Positions 25,064 to 33,554 of a DNA stretch of 64,000 nucleotides are shown here, piece by piece. The number at the start of each line of letters is the position of its first letter. Within the stretch, counting starts at the first letter, position 1. Made by a program: the position numbers and the translations under genes. The DNA is from a virus (Duplodnaviria; Caudoviricetes), in the IMG/VR virus record IMGVR_UViG_3300021082_000020, positions 1 to 64,000 of that record. One strand, written 5' to 3'. Under the pieces are notes generated by a model. It searched no databases and was not told where the DNA came from. It worked only from the letters and a program-made list of their open reading frames with translations.

Positions 25064-27226
25064 ATGCCGCCGCGCACCTTCGATTCCGATAAAATCTGCT
25101 GGTTCGACTTCGAAACGAGGTCGGGCGAGGATCTCCAGAAAGCCGGCGCCACCCGCTACGCTTGCGATGATGATGCCGCGGCGATCATCCTGACCTACGC
25201 GATCGGCCACGGGCCGGTGCGGCTGATCACGGCGCCGCTTGCGGCGGACTGGGCCTTGTCCTGGCACCACCTGCCGCTGGATTTTACTGAGTTCTATTAT
25301 CGGGTTGAGGCCAGTCCGGCGCACGGCACCTTTGCCGCGTTCAATGCCGGGTTTGACCGAAACGTATGGAATTTTGCGTTGCGCGATGCGCCGCAGCTGT
25401 TCCCCGACATGTGCATCGACCCCTCGGTGCAGGCCACCGCGGCCGGCCTGCCGCCGGACCTGGCCGGCGCCTGCAAGGCCAGCGGATCCACTGCCAAGGT
25501 CGAAGACGGTGGCATCTATATCAAGTTGTTCTGCATGCCGGATTCGACAGCTACGCCGCAGAGCCACCCGGCGGAATGGGCGGCGTTTTGCGCCTACGCG
25601 ATCGGCGACATCGAGGCGATGCGCAGTCTGTTCCTGCGGACCCGGCAGCTGCCGCTGCGCGAATGGGAAGAATACTGGACCGCTGAAGCCATCAATGACC
25701 GCGGCATTGGCGTCGACATCAAGTTCGCCAGGAGGGCCGACCGGCTCGCCGGCACTGCCAAGACCCGCGCCGGCAACGAGCTGCGCGAGATCACCGGCGG
25801 CGCCGTCGCCACCGTCGGCCAGGTCAAGCAGCTGACCCAATGGCTGCTGCATCAGCTGCCGGACGAAGGCGTCGACATGCTGACCAAGCGGGAGGAAGAG
25901 GAGTCCGACGACGGCACCATCATCCGCCCGGCCAAGTACAGCCTGACCCGGTCGCGGATCGAGAAGCTGATCCCATACTGTCAGGCGATCGGCCACCACA
26001 AGGCGCTGCGCGCCCTCCAGATCCGTTTGTATGGCGGGTCGACCACACCGGCCAAGTATTCAAAGATTCTCGCTCAGGAGGTGAATGGCGCGGTTTTCGG
26101 CCAGTACGTTTTCAATGGTGCGCCGCAAACCGGCCGGTTCTCCTCCCGCGGCGTGCAGATCCAGAACCTGGCGCGGTCGTTCCTCACCTACGAGCACGAA
26201 GCGATCGAGGCGATCCTCAACGGCGCCGACTATGACGAGCTGGAGCGGCTCGGCGACGACACGCCTGTGGTGCGTAAATTGGCGTTGCTGATTCGGCCCA
26301 CATTCGTTCCCCAGGGAACGAATCAGTTCGTGGTCAGCGACTTCGCACAGATTGAAGCGCGAATATTGCCCTGGCTGGCCGGTCCACAGTCCGAGGGCGC
26401 CCAGCGGCGGTTGAACATCTTTCGCGAGGTCGACGACAACCCCAAGCTGCCGGACCTCTACACCCGTACGGCGGGTGAAATCTCCGGCATCAAGCTACTC
26501 GGCGAGGTCACCAAGGCGCTGCGGCAGCGCGGCAAGGTCGCCGAGCTGGCGCTCGGCTTCGGCGGCGGCATCGGCGCGCTCGCTGCCATGGGTGCAAATT
26601 ACGGGCTTTATCTGCCGCGGCGTGAGGCCAGAGACCTGGTTCAGGCGTGGCGTGAGGCCAACGGCTGGTGTGTCAGGTTCTGGGGCGCCCACACCGACGA
26701 CGGCATCAGCAACGGCCTGTGGGGCGCCGCCAACCGGGCGTTGGATGAGCCCGGCATCGTCCAGACGGCCGGGCGGCTGGCCTACATCTACCTGCCGCAG
26801 ATCCTCAAAGGCACGCTGTACTGCCAGTTGCCGTCCGGCCGCTGCCTGGCTTACCGCGGCATCAAGTACGAGAAGGTCAAGGAGCTGGATGACGACGATA
26901 ACGTCATCGGCGAAACAACCCAGCTGCGGTTCTGGAAGGGTCATAGCCGGGCCAAGATTTGGCACGGCACGCTTTGTGAAAACGTCGTGCAGGCGACTGC
27001 CGCGGATATCCTGCGCGGCACGCTGGTGCGGCTCGAGCAGGCCGGCATGAACGTCAGGCTGCATTCCCATGACGAGGTGCTGATCGAGTGTGCTGAGGAG
27101 GATGTGCCGGGTGTGGCGAACTCGTTACGCTACATCATGCGCAAGGGCTTTCCTTGGACCGACGGCCTGCCGCTGATGTCGGAAGAGAACATCCAGTCCT
27201 ACTATTCGAAGTGGGAGGGCAAGTGA
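25064..27226 (+). CDS. Family A DNA polymerase with 3'-5' exonuclease (APSE/SPO2-like)
   Basis: DFET exo I, AFNAGFDR exo II, TGRFSS..Q.QNL, motif A SDFAQIEAR, motif B RQRGKVAELALGF, motif C HDE. Confidence 0.95.
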   Translation: MPPRTFDSDKICWFDFETRSGEDLQKAGATRYACDDDAAAIILTYAIGHGPVRLITAPLAADWALSWHHLPLDFTEFYYRVEASPAHGTFAAFNAGFDRNVWNFALRDAPQLFPDMCIDPSVQATAAGLPPDLAGACKASGSTAKVEDGGIYIKLFCMPDSTATPQSHPAEWAAFCAYAIGDIEAMRSLFLRTRQLPLREWEEYWTAEAINDRGIGVDIKFARRADRLAGTAKTRAGNELREITGGAVATVGQVKQLTQWLLHQLPDEGVDMLTKREEEESDDGTIIRPAKYSLTRSRIEKLIPYCQAIGHHKALRALQIRLYGGSTTPAKYSKILAQEVNGAVFGQYVFNGAPQTGRFSSRGVQIQNLARSFLTYEHEAIEAILNGADYDELERLGDDTPVVRKLALLIRPTFVPQGTNQFVVSDFAQIEARILPWLAGPQSEGAQRRLNIFREVDDNPKLPDLYTRTAGEISGIKLLGEVTKALRQRGKVAELALGFGGGIGALAAMGANYGLYLPRREARDLVQAWREANGWCVRFWGAHTDDGISNGLWGAANRALDEPGIVQTAGRLAYIYLPQILKGTLYCQLPSGRCLAYRGIKYEKVKELDDDDNVIGETTQLRFWKGHSRAKIWHGTLCENVVQATAADILRGTLVRLEQAGMNVRLHSHDEVLIECAEEDVPGVANSLRYIMRKGFPWTDGLPLMSEENIQSYYSKWEGK

Positions 27227-27651
27227 TGGTCGCCTCAACCAAAGTCCGGCCGCTGCCACCGGGGGTACGCACGCGGCTCGATAAGATGCTGTTGCTGCTT
27301 GGTTCCGACAATGACGGCGAGCGGGCGGCGGCGTCCGGCATGATCACCAACCTGCTGCGCGAGCACGGCCTGGACTGGCATGACATCGTCGGCTCGATCG
27401 GCCAGCCTGCGGCGGCGGCGGCGCCAAAGCCGCCGCCACGCAACCCAGTGCCGATGCCTGTCGGTCATGAAATAACTGCGGATGAACTCAAGCGGTTGGT
27501 GCATTTGATTTTACGTAGTCCTCTCAATAAGCGGGCGCGGGAGTTCCTGGCCGGCATGATGGACCGTGCCAACATCTACGACCTGGTTTTTTTATCCGAC
27601 AAGCAATGGATTTGGCTGCGTGACTTAGCGCGGCGAGCGGGGGCGATATGA
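27226..27651 (+). CDS. Hypothetical protein
   Basis: LLGSDNDGERAAA..LLREHGLDW motif; stop-start overlaps. Confidence 0.65.
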   Translation: MVASTKVRPLPPGVRTRLDKMLLLLGSDNDGERAAASGMITNLLREHGLDWHDIVGSIGQPAAAAAPKPPPRNPVPMPVGHEITADELKRLVHLILRSPLNKRAREFLAGMMDRANIYDLVFLSDKQWIWLRDLARRAGAI

Positions 27652-28379
27652 AGCATGTCATAGCACTATCTGGCGGCAAGGATTCCACCGCTATGGCGCT
27701 GCGGCTGAAGGAGCTGCACCCGCACACCGACTACACCTACGTCTGCACGCCGACCGGCGACGAGCTGCCGGAGATGTTCGAGCACTGGCGATCGCTCGGC
27801 GATCGCCTCGGCAAGAAGATTCTGCCGGTTATGCACAGCACTGGGCTTAAAGGTGTGATCCGCAAAGAGCAGATGCTGCCGAATTTCCGCGCCAGGTTCT
27901 GTACGCGGATCCTAAAGATCGAGCCGTACCGGCGCTGGCTGCAAGCTAACACGCCGTGCGTATCCTACGTCGGGCTCCGTGCCGACGAAGCGGGCCGGGC
28001 CGGCGGCGCCTACGCCGACATTGCCGGCGTCGAGATGCGCTTTCCTCTGCGCGAGTGGGGCTGGACCGAGCGGCATGTGTGGACGTACCTGGCTGATAAC
28101 CAGGTACAGATCCCGCCGCGTACCGACTGTGCGCGTTGTTACCACCAGCGGATTGGCGAGTGGTGGCAGCTGTGGAAGGAATTTCCCGAGCTGTGGGCCG
28201 ATGCCGAGGCCGATGAAGAGGAACTCAAGGCCACCTACCGCACGCCCGGCCGCGATACCTGGCCGACCGCATTGAAGGATCTACGCGCCGTATTCGAAGG
28301 CGGCCGGTTGCCACGCACGGTGAAGGACACTGCTGATGGCCTACGTAACGTCGGCGCCTGCCGGGTGTGTACGCTATGA
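27648..28379 (+). CDS. PAPS reductase-family (PP-loop, Fe-S) protein
   Basis: SGGKDS PP-loop, RFCT..LK..P, GLRADE, CARC, C-terminal CRVC. Confidence 0.9.
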   Translation: MKHVIALSGGKDSTAMALRLKELHPHTDYTYVCTPTGDELPEMFEHWRSLGDRLGKKILPVMHSTGLKGVIRKEQMLPNFRARFCTRILKIEPYRRWLQANTPCVSYVGLRADEAGRAGGAYADIAGVEMRFPLREWGWTERHVWTYLADNQVQIPPRTDCARCYHQRIGEWWQLWKEFPELWADAEADEEELKATYRTPGRDTWPTALKDLRAVFEGGRLPRTVKDTADGLRNVGACRVCTL

Positions 28380-28654
28380 GCACACAAGACGACGCTCCAG
28401 GCGAACGGGCGCGGGTCTACAGCAAGATCGCGCCGATCATCATGGAGTTCTACCGCGAGTACACCGGCGCGACATTCCACATGGAAGACCTGCGCCGCTA
28501 TGTCATTAGCCGCGCCCCGGAGATTGCACCGGACAGTCCGAGTCGAATCCTGCGCGAGCTGCGACTGGAGAACCGGCTTAACTACGTGGTGCTGAGCCGG
28601 TACGAGTCGCTGTACCAGTTCCGACGCCGCGTCAAACCGCCTTTGGATGTGTGA
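28376..28654 (+). CDS. Small winged-helix-like protein
   Basis: FHMEDLRRYV..APDSPSRILRELR..YVV. Confidence 0.55.
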   Translation: MSTQDDAPGERARVYSKIAPIIMEFYREYTGATFHMEDLRRYVISRAPEIAPDSPSRILRELRLENRLNYVVLSRYESLYQFRRRVKPPLDV

Positions 28655-28655
28655 C

Positions 28656-30059
28656 ATGCGTCAGAAATCGGAGATGCGGCCGTACCAGGACCGGATCGCC
28701 AGTGCGCTCTACGAGAACGATGAGAAGATCGCGGTCGCTCGGCCCGGCGGCGGCAAGACCGTTGCGGCGCTGACCGCGATCGGCGAGTTGATCCGCGACA
28801 AGCATATTCGCCACGCGCTGGTGATCGCGCCCAAGCGTGTGGCCCGCATGGTATGGCCGGACGAGATTGCGCTATGGGCGCATACCGCCGGGCTGTCTTA
28901 CCAGGTGCTCACCGGCACGCCGCAGCAGCGGGCGATCGGCCTGGCCGAGGCACACGCTGGTCTCTACGACATCACCATCGTCGGCATCGACATTGTCGAG
29001 TGGCTGGTCGACACCCTGGTTAAGCTGCCGGACGATTCGCGGCTGTTCGATCTCTTGGTGATCGACGAGGTGTCCCGTCTGCGCAATCCCTCCGGTGTGC
29101 GCGCCCGGCGGCTACTCCGATACGCCAAGCGGTGGCGCATGGTTTGGGGTCTGACCGGCACCCTGCGGCCGTCCGGCGCCGAGGATCTGTTTATGCCGGC
29201 CACGGTGGTAACCCGCGCCAAGCTTTGGGGTAAGTCGTTCTACCGTTGGCGTAAGGATCGCTTCTACCCGCTTGATTACAATGGCTACACATGGGCGCCG
29301 CTGCCGGGTGCGGAGGAACGCATCAATGCCGAGCTGGCACCGCTTTGCGTCACCCTGCGCGACGACGAGCTGCCGCAGCTGCCGGAACTGTCGATCATCT
29401 TCGACCGGGTCGAGCTGCCGGCCGCCGCCCGCAAGCAGTACCAGGACATGGAGGAGAAGCTGATGCTGTGGGATGGCGGCGGCGAGGCTATCCTGGCTGC
29501 CTCGGCCGCGGTCGCTACTGGCAAGCTCGCGCAGATTGCCAACGGTTTCGTCTACGATGACGGTGTGACCCATCGGATCCACGGCGAGAAGGAGCAGTGG
29601 GCACAAGACATCATTGACGACGCGGACGGGTCGGTGCTGTTCATTTACGAATATCGCCAGGACTTGGAAATGCTGCGTGTGCTGCTCGGCCAGGATCTTC
29701 CTTACCTCGGTGACGGGGTCACCGACGCGGCATCTGATCATAATATCACCCAATGGAATGCGGGCATGCTGCCGTTCATGGCAATGCATCCCGCCAGTGG
29801 CGGACACGGATTGAATCTACAGCACGGCGGCTCAGACATGGCCTGGATCTGCCCGACCTGGTCTCCTGAACTGTGGGAGCAAACGATCGCTCGCCTGCAT
29901 CGTTCCGGGCAGACTAAACCAGTCATCGTCCGTGTCTGTACGGCAGCGGACACAGTGGACCAGATGAAGATCGATCGGGTGTACCGGAAAATGACGGCGC
30001 AGCAGGCGTTCGAAGCCTACCTGCGGCGCCATCAAGTAGAGGGATTCGTCAACGCCTAG
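28656..30059 (+). CDS. SNF2-like superfamily 2 helicase
   Basis: RPYQ, PGGGKT, IDE, LTGT, GHGLNLQ, Q..ARLHR.GQ. Confidence 0.92.
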   Translation: MRQKSEMRPYQDRIASALYENDEKIAVARPGGGKTVAALTAIGELIRDKHIRHALVIAPKRVARMVWPDEIALWAHTAGLSYQVLTGTPQQRAIGLAEAHAGLYDITIVGIDIVEWLVDTLVKLPDDSRLFDLLVIDEVSRLRNPSGVRARRLLRYAKRWRMVWGLTGTLRPSGAEDLFMPATVVTRAKLWGKSFYRWRKDRFYPLDYNGYTWAPLPGAEERINAELAPLCVTLRDDELPQLPELSIIFDRVELPAAARKQYQDMEEKLMLWDGGGEAILAASAAVATGKLAQIANGFVYDDGVTHRIHGEKEQWAQDIIDDADGSVLFIYEYRQDLEMLRVLLGQDLPYLGDGVTDAASDHNITQWNAGMLPFMAMHPASGGHGLNLQHGGSDMAWICPTWSPELWEQTIARLHRSGQTKPVIVRVCTAADTVDQMKIDRVYRKMTAQQAFEAYLRRHQVEGFVNA

Positions 30060-30310
30060 AGTGTAGCAGCCTTCTCTAGGCTGAGCACCAACTGGGCGCC
30101 GTCGTCGTCAAATTTGTTTTTGGTTAGGATCTCAACGATCTCTTCGTTGAGCCTGAATAGTTGATCGCGGTTGATGCGGTACCGGGTGTGGGTGTCGTCG
30201 GAAGTGATGTTGAGAACGACGGTGTTGCGTTGGGGTATGGTTAGATAGACGAAACGCACTGGCGGCATGGTGGGCCTCGTTATCCGTTTGGAGCGTGAAG
30301 TCACCACCAT
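30056..30310 (-). CDS. Hypothetical protein
   Basis: Last gene of leftward operon. Confidence 0.5.
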   Translation of the reverse strand: MVVTSRSKRITRPTMPPVRFVYLTIPQRNTVVLNITSDDTHTRYRINRDQLFRLNEEIVEILTKNKFDDDGAQLVLSLEKAATL

Positions 30311-30319
30311 ACTCTTCCA

Positions 30320-30514
30320 TTAATCCCGTTCCAGTGCGCGCTGCGCAATCCCCATACTTTCATCAGCACTGACGTCATGCAAATTTGCAATTTCGCGCAG
30401 GGCTTCGCGCAGTTTCTCGTTCTTTTCCGCCAACCGCATAAGCTCGCGCAGGCCAATATTGAGCTGCCGTTCGATTTCAGTCAGCGCCGCGTACATCTCC
30501 TTCTCATGGGACAT
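30320..30514 (-). CDS. Small coiled-coil protein
   Basis: ENEKLREALREIA..IAQRAL. Confidence 0.55.
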   Translation of the reverse strand: MSHEKEMYAALTEIERQLNIGLRELMRLAEKNEKLREALREIANLHDVSADESMGIAQRALERD

Positions 30515-31070
30515 CGCGGTGCATCCACTTCAGTTCTGGACGGCCGGTCCATTTGTGGTCGAACACCAACCAGCAATAGTCCGACTTGCCGCCGCCCACC
30601 TTGCCGCCCGAGGTGATGACATGGCCGGGCGGCATCGACGGCCGCGGGGTCAGCAGCCACACGCTTTGTAGTGGTTTGTTATCTAGCCAGCGGGCGGCAT
30701 TGAGCCGGGCGGTTGGCATGATCAGCGCCACCTTGTTGCGGGCGCGATCCAGCGCGTGCTTGGTAAACTCCTGGAACCTGTCGAACGGCGGGTTGCTGAC
30801 GATATTGTTGGGCGTGGTGATGTGGTTTTGAAAAAAGTCCTGCACATCGCCGCGGCCGCGACGATCGATCATGTCGGCGCCGTGTGCCAGGTAGCCGGCC
30901 TTGATCGCGGAATCGATAATGCGGCCGAAGCCGCAGGCGGGATCGTAGATGTCACCGACAAAGTGCTCTTCTTCGAACAGCCGCTCGCTGACCCAGAACG
31001 GCTCGACGTAGTGCTCGTCGACGCGGGGATAGGCTTTGGCGCCGGCGGTGTGGGTCCACGGCTGGCTCAT
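30504..31070 (-). CDS. Compact DNA N6-adenine methyltransferase
   Basis: Motif I DPACGFG before motif IV NPPF; GAGGA RBS before ATG at 31070. Confidence 0.85.
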   Translation of the reverse strand: MSQPWTHTAGAKAYPRVDEHYVEPFWVSERLFEEEHFVGDIYDPACGFGRIIDSAIKAGYLAHGADMIDRRGRGDVQDFFQNHITTPNNIVSNPPFDRFQEFTKHALDRARNKVALIMPTARLNAARWLDNKPLQSVWLLTPRPSMPPGHVITSGGKVGGGKSDYCWLVFDHKWTGRPELKWMHRDVP

Positions 31071-31279
31071 CGCACGTCCTCGTTCCACTTCCACTTACCC
31101 TTGACCCAGTGGCCGTTGACCGGATCCTCACACTCGACGGCGCGGACTTCGCGTGCCGAGGTCCAACGTTGTTCCAGGTCACGGGCGTAAGCCATTGCTT
31201 CGGCTTCGGTTTCGCAGCGCACCGCGTTGTCGTACCACTTCGGGTCGTTGTGGACGCGCACCTCCGGTTTCCAGGCCAT
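31067..31279 (-). CDS. Hypothetical protein
   Basis: Trp-rich 70 aa, coupled to neighbours. Confidence 0.6.
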   Translation of the reverse strand: MAWKPEVRVHNDPKWYDNAVRCETEAEAMAYARDLEQRWTSAREVRAVECEDPVNGHWVKGKWKWNEDVR

Positions 31280-31575
31280 CAGGCGCTCCCCTGGACGTCG
31301 TCCAGCAGTGCTGCCGCGTTGCGCGTCATCTCTTCGTCCACGTCCTTGAACATCTGGTTCATCACTGCGGACAGCTCGGCCATACCGATCTTGGCCGCCT
31401 GGTCGATGCTCATGAACGACTGCGCGGCGCCCATGAAGTAAGCTGACCGCATGGCGCTGATCTGGTCTTCACCGGATCCGGCTTCGCGCAGGCTGCCGGC
31501 GAACGCGGTCCATCCCGCTTTCAACGTTAGGTCCGGGTCCAGTTCACCTTTGATAACTTTGAAGATTTCAGCCAT
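31279..31575 (-). CDS. Hypothetical protein
   Basis: GW..Q..MR.AY.MGA motif, coupled. Confidence 0.6.
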   Translation of the reverse strand: MAEIFKVIKGELDPDLTLKAGWTAFAGSLREAGSGEDQISAMRSAYFMGAAQSFMSIDQAAKIGMAELSAVMNQMFKDVDEEMTRNAAALLDDVQGSA

Positions 31576-31960
31576 CGGCTTTCTCCAGCTGTTTGGCGCC
31601 GAGATCGGCGGCTAGCTCGTTCAATGCCGCGGTGGTTGGCGTCGGCGCCCGGTCCAGCTCGTTGACACTGGCGACAAAATCCTCGGCCCGGCGTGTCAGC
31701 AATCCGATATTAGCCATTTGCGTGGTCAGTTCGATCAGCATCTTATGTAGCCGCAGCGATTCGTGGCGGTAGCGATCGCGTTCTTCGACCATCATCTGCA
31801 CCCGGTCATGCTCGCGGTTTAAATCAATACGCATCTGGCTGATGGTGTTCTGGGCGTTGATCAGGTCTTCGTGCATCTGCGTGACCTTGGCCAGCGCAGC
31901 CACGCGGTGGTCGTTCTCGACGTCGGGCAGCGGACGTGTCTGTTGCCGAGGTGCGTTCAT
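31568..31960 (-). CDS. Coiled-coil hypothetical protein
   Basis: AAGG RBS before ATG at 31960; heptad pattern. Confidence 0.6.
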   Translation of the reverse strand: MNAPRQQTRPLPDVENDHRVAALAKVTQMHEDLINAQNTISQMRIDLNREHDRVQMMVEERDRYRHESLRLHKMLIELTTQMANIGLLTRRAEDFVASVNELDRAPTPTTAALNELAADLGAKQLEKADG

Positions 31961-32030
31961 GGTTTTCGCCTTTCTGTTGTGAAGCTGCTGCGCCGGGTAG
32001 ATCACCCGGCGCAGCATGACCGCGGACGCA

Positions 32031-32261
32031 TTACCTTTTCGCAGCCTTTTTCGGAGCTGTTCGCATAGGCCATAGATGGTCAGGTGCATCGTGGCCGATC
32101 TCTTTCAGTTCATCTTTGAGTAGCCGGTAAGTGTCTGCTGGGAATTGCTTTCCCGCTCGCCAGTTGTAGACGCCGTTCTCCGAAGTTCCGGTTAGCTCGG
32201 CCATCGCCTCGATGCCGCCGAGCGCGTCGATGATTTCAGATGTCGTTCGTAAGGTCGTCAT
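32031..32261 (-). CDS. Cro-like HTH regulator
   Basis: IIDALGG..MAELTG....VYNWR...FP; first gene after a divergent promoter. Confidence 0.8.
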   Translation of the reverse strand: MTTLRTTSEIIDALGGIEAMAELTGTSENGVYNWRAGKQFPADTYRLLKDELKEIGHDAPDHLWPMRTAPKKAAKR

Positions 32262-32267
32262 ATGGAA

Positions 32268-32332
32268 TCAGTCCTATCTCAACATTTTTGAGGGTGCAAG
32301 CTTGTATCTCAAAATAGTTGAATTATAGTCGG
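32268..32332. promoter_or_regulatory. Divergent promoter pair with two operator-like palindromes
   Basis: Operators CTCAAcatttTTGAG (32278-32292) and cTCAAaatagTTGAa (32308-32322); rightward TTGTAT-N16-TATAGT; leftward TTGCAC-N17-TAGGAC. Confidence 0.65.
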
Positions 32333-32337
32333 GTACA

Positions 32338-32532
32338 ATGGCCGACCCGGAAACCCAGCTGCGCGAGCTGATGATGGAGGATGCGAAGGTCTATCGCATC
32401 CGCAATCAGATCGCGGAGAAGACCGATCCGCAGGCCAATAAAAATAAAGCGTACAGGTCGAAGGCGAAGGCTAAGAAGGCTGTTAATGTTGAACCTGTCG
32501 ACGAACACCCAACAGAGGAACCACCCCAATGA
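32338..32532 (+). CDS. Small hypothetical protein, probably leaderless
   Basis: ATG 8 nt after the -10 box; ATGA overlap with next gene. Confidence 0.5.
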   Translation: MADPETQLRELMMEDAKVYRIRNQIAEKTDPQANKNKAYRSKAKAKKAVNVEPVDEHPTEEPPQ

Positions 32533-33314
32533 ATAAATTGCTTGGCACCGCGTTCGCGGTGTCTCTCGCTACATTTGCACTGGCGCTGCCGGCGCAGGCT
32601 GCCACCCGTATCCTCGGCGGCCAGACTTGGACGATCGGCGGCACTGACCTGACACTCGGCGGCGTCCCGGCCGGCAATCAACCGCAGAACGCGCCCTGCG
32701 TCATCTGCGGCGCGAACCAACCAAACCAAACCAACGTCGACCAGAATTTTGGTTATACGGACTATGGCAACCAGGGGAATTTAACCTCTGAGACTTACTT
32801 TTCGTCCGGTATTCTCAGGGACACGGTGCTTGGTGCCGATACCATCTCGGCGGTCAACTACAGCGGCACACAGTTGATCAACCTGATCACTGCGTTGGGT
32901 GGCCAGCAGACGTTCAGCATCGGCATCGATCTGAACCAGGCTAGTGGGCAGGGGCCGCAGACGCTGGAGAGCTTCTTCTTCCTCGACCTGACCAGCAAGA
33001 CGGTCCTGGCGTCGTTCCTGCCGGACATTAATGACGGCATTGCGCTCAATAGCATCAACAATGGCACGGGCTTTCCCGACTACCTATTAAACGGCCTGAC
33101 CACTGCCGGGTTGGATCCCAACCATCAGTATGCGTTCTTTGCCCGCATGACCAACATCAATGACGGCCCTGACAGCTTCTTCATTGTGCCGGGTACTCAG
33201 GTGGCGGCGGTGCCGCTGCCGGCGGTCGGCGCCGGACTGCCCGCCCTGATCGCGGGGATGTTTGGCTTGGTTGGGCTGCATCGCCGTCGGAAGCAGCGGT
33301 TGTTGTCGGCTTGA
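32529..33314 (+). CDS. Secreted VPLPA-CTERM (PEP-CTERM class) surface protein
   Basis: Signal peptide ending AQA; C-terminal VPLPA + TM helix + RRRKQR. Confidence 0.85.
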   Translation: MNKLLGTAFAVSLATFALALPAQAATRILGGQTWTIGGTDLTLGGVPAGNQPQNAPCVICGANQPNQTNVDQNFGYTDYGNQGNLTSETYFSSGILRDTVLGADTISAVNYSGTQLINLITALGGQQTFSIGIDLNQASGQGPQTLESFFFLDLTSKTVLASFLPDINDGIALNSINNGTGFPDYLLNGLTTAGLDPNHQYAFFARMTNINDGPDSFFIVPGTQVAAVPLPAVGAGLPALIAGMFGLVGLHRRRKQRLLSA

Positions 33315-33323
33315 CCTTGCTGG

Positions 33324-33356
33324 CTCCGGCGGCGTGCATGTGAAGCGTCGCCGGGG
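33324..33356. terminator. Hairpin downstream of VPLPA-CTERM gene
   Basis: ctccggcggcg...cgtcgccgggg (with G-U pairs), followed by A/T tracts. Confidence 0.35.
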
Positions 33357-33398
33357 TCGAGCTTCAAAAATGCAAAAAAATTTTGGGCGGTCTAAACG

Positions 33399-33554
33399 AT
33401 GCTGTGGGTTTTGCTAATAGGATCGGTCTGGGCGATCACCGGCTACCCGAGCAAAGAGGCGTGCCTCGAGGCATCGCGGACATCCAACTTCAGCTACGTC
33501 ACATGGTGCGTGCCGATGCAGAGCACCGGCACAGTGGTGTCTGGTCACCGTTAA
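33399..33554 (+). CDS. Possible 51-aa peptide with two Cys (not in ORF track)
   Basis: Hand translation MLWVLLIGSVWAITGYPSKEACLEA...WCVP; stop abuts the stop of the convergent gene. Confidence 0.45.
   Translation: MLWVLLIGSVWAITGYPSKEACLEASRTSNFSYVTWCVPMQSTGTVVSGHR

Noticed and set aside
27648-28379. Calling this cysH, a sulfur-assimilation auxiliary metabolic gene
   Set aside because: No C-terminal ECG[LI]H motif and no sulfur pathway context; kept at family level
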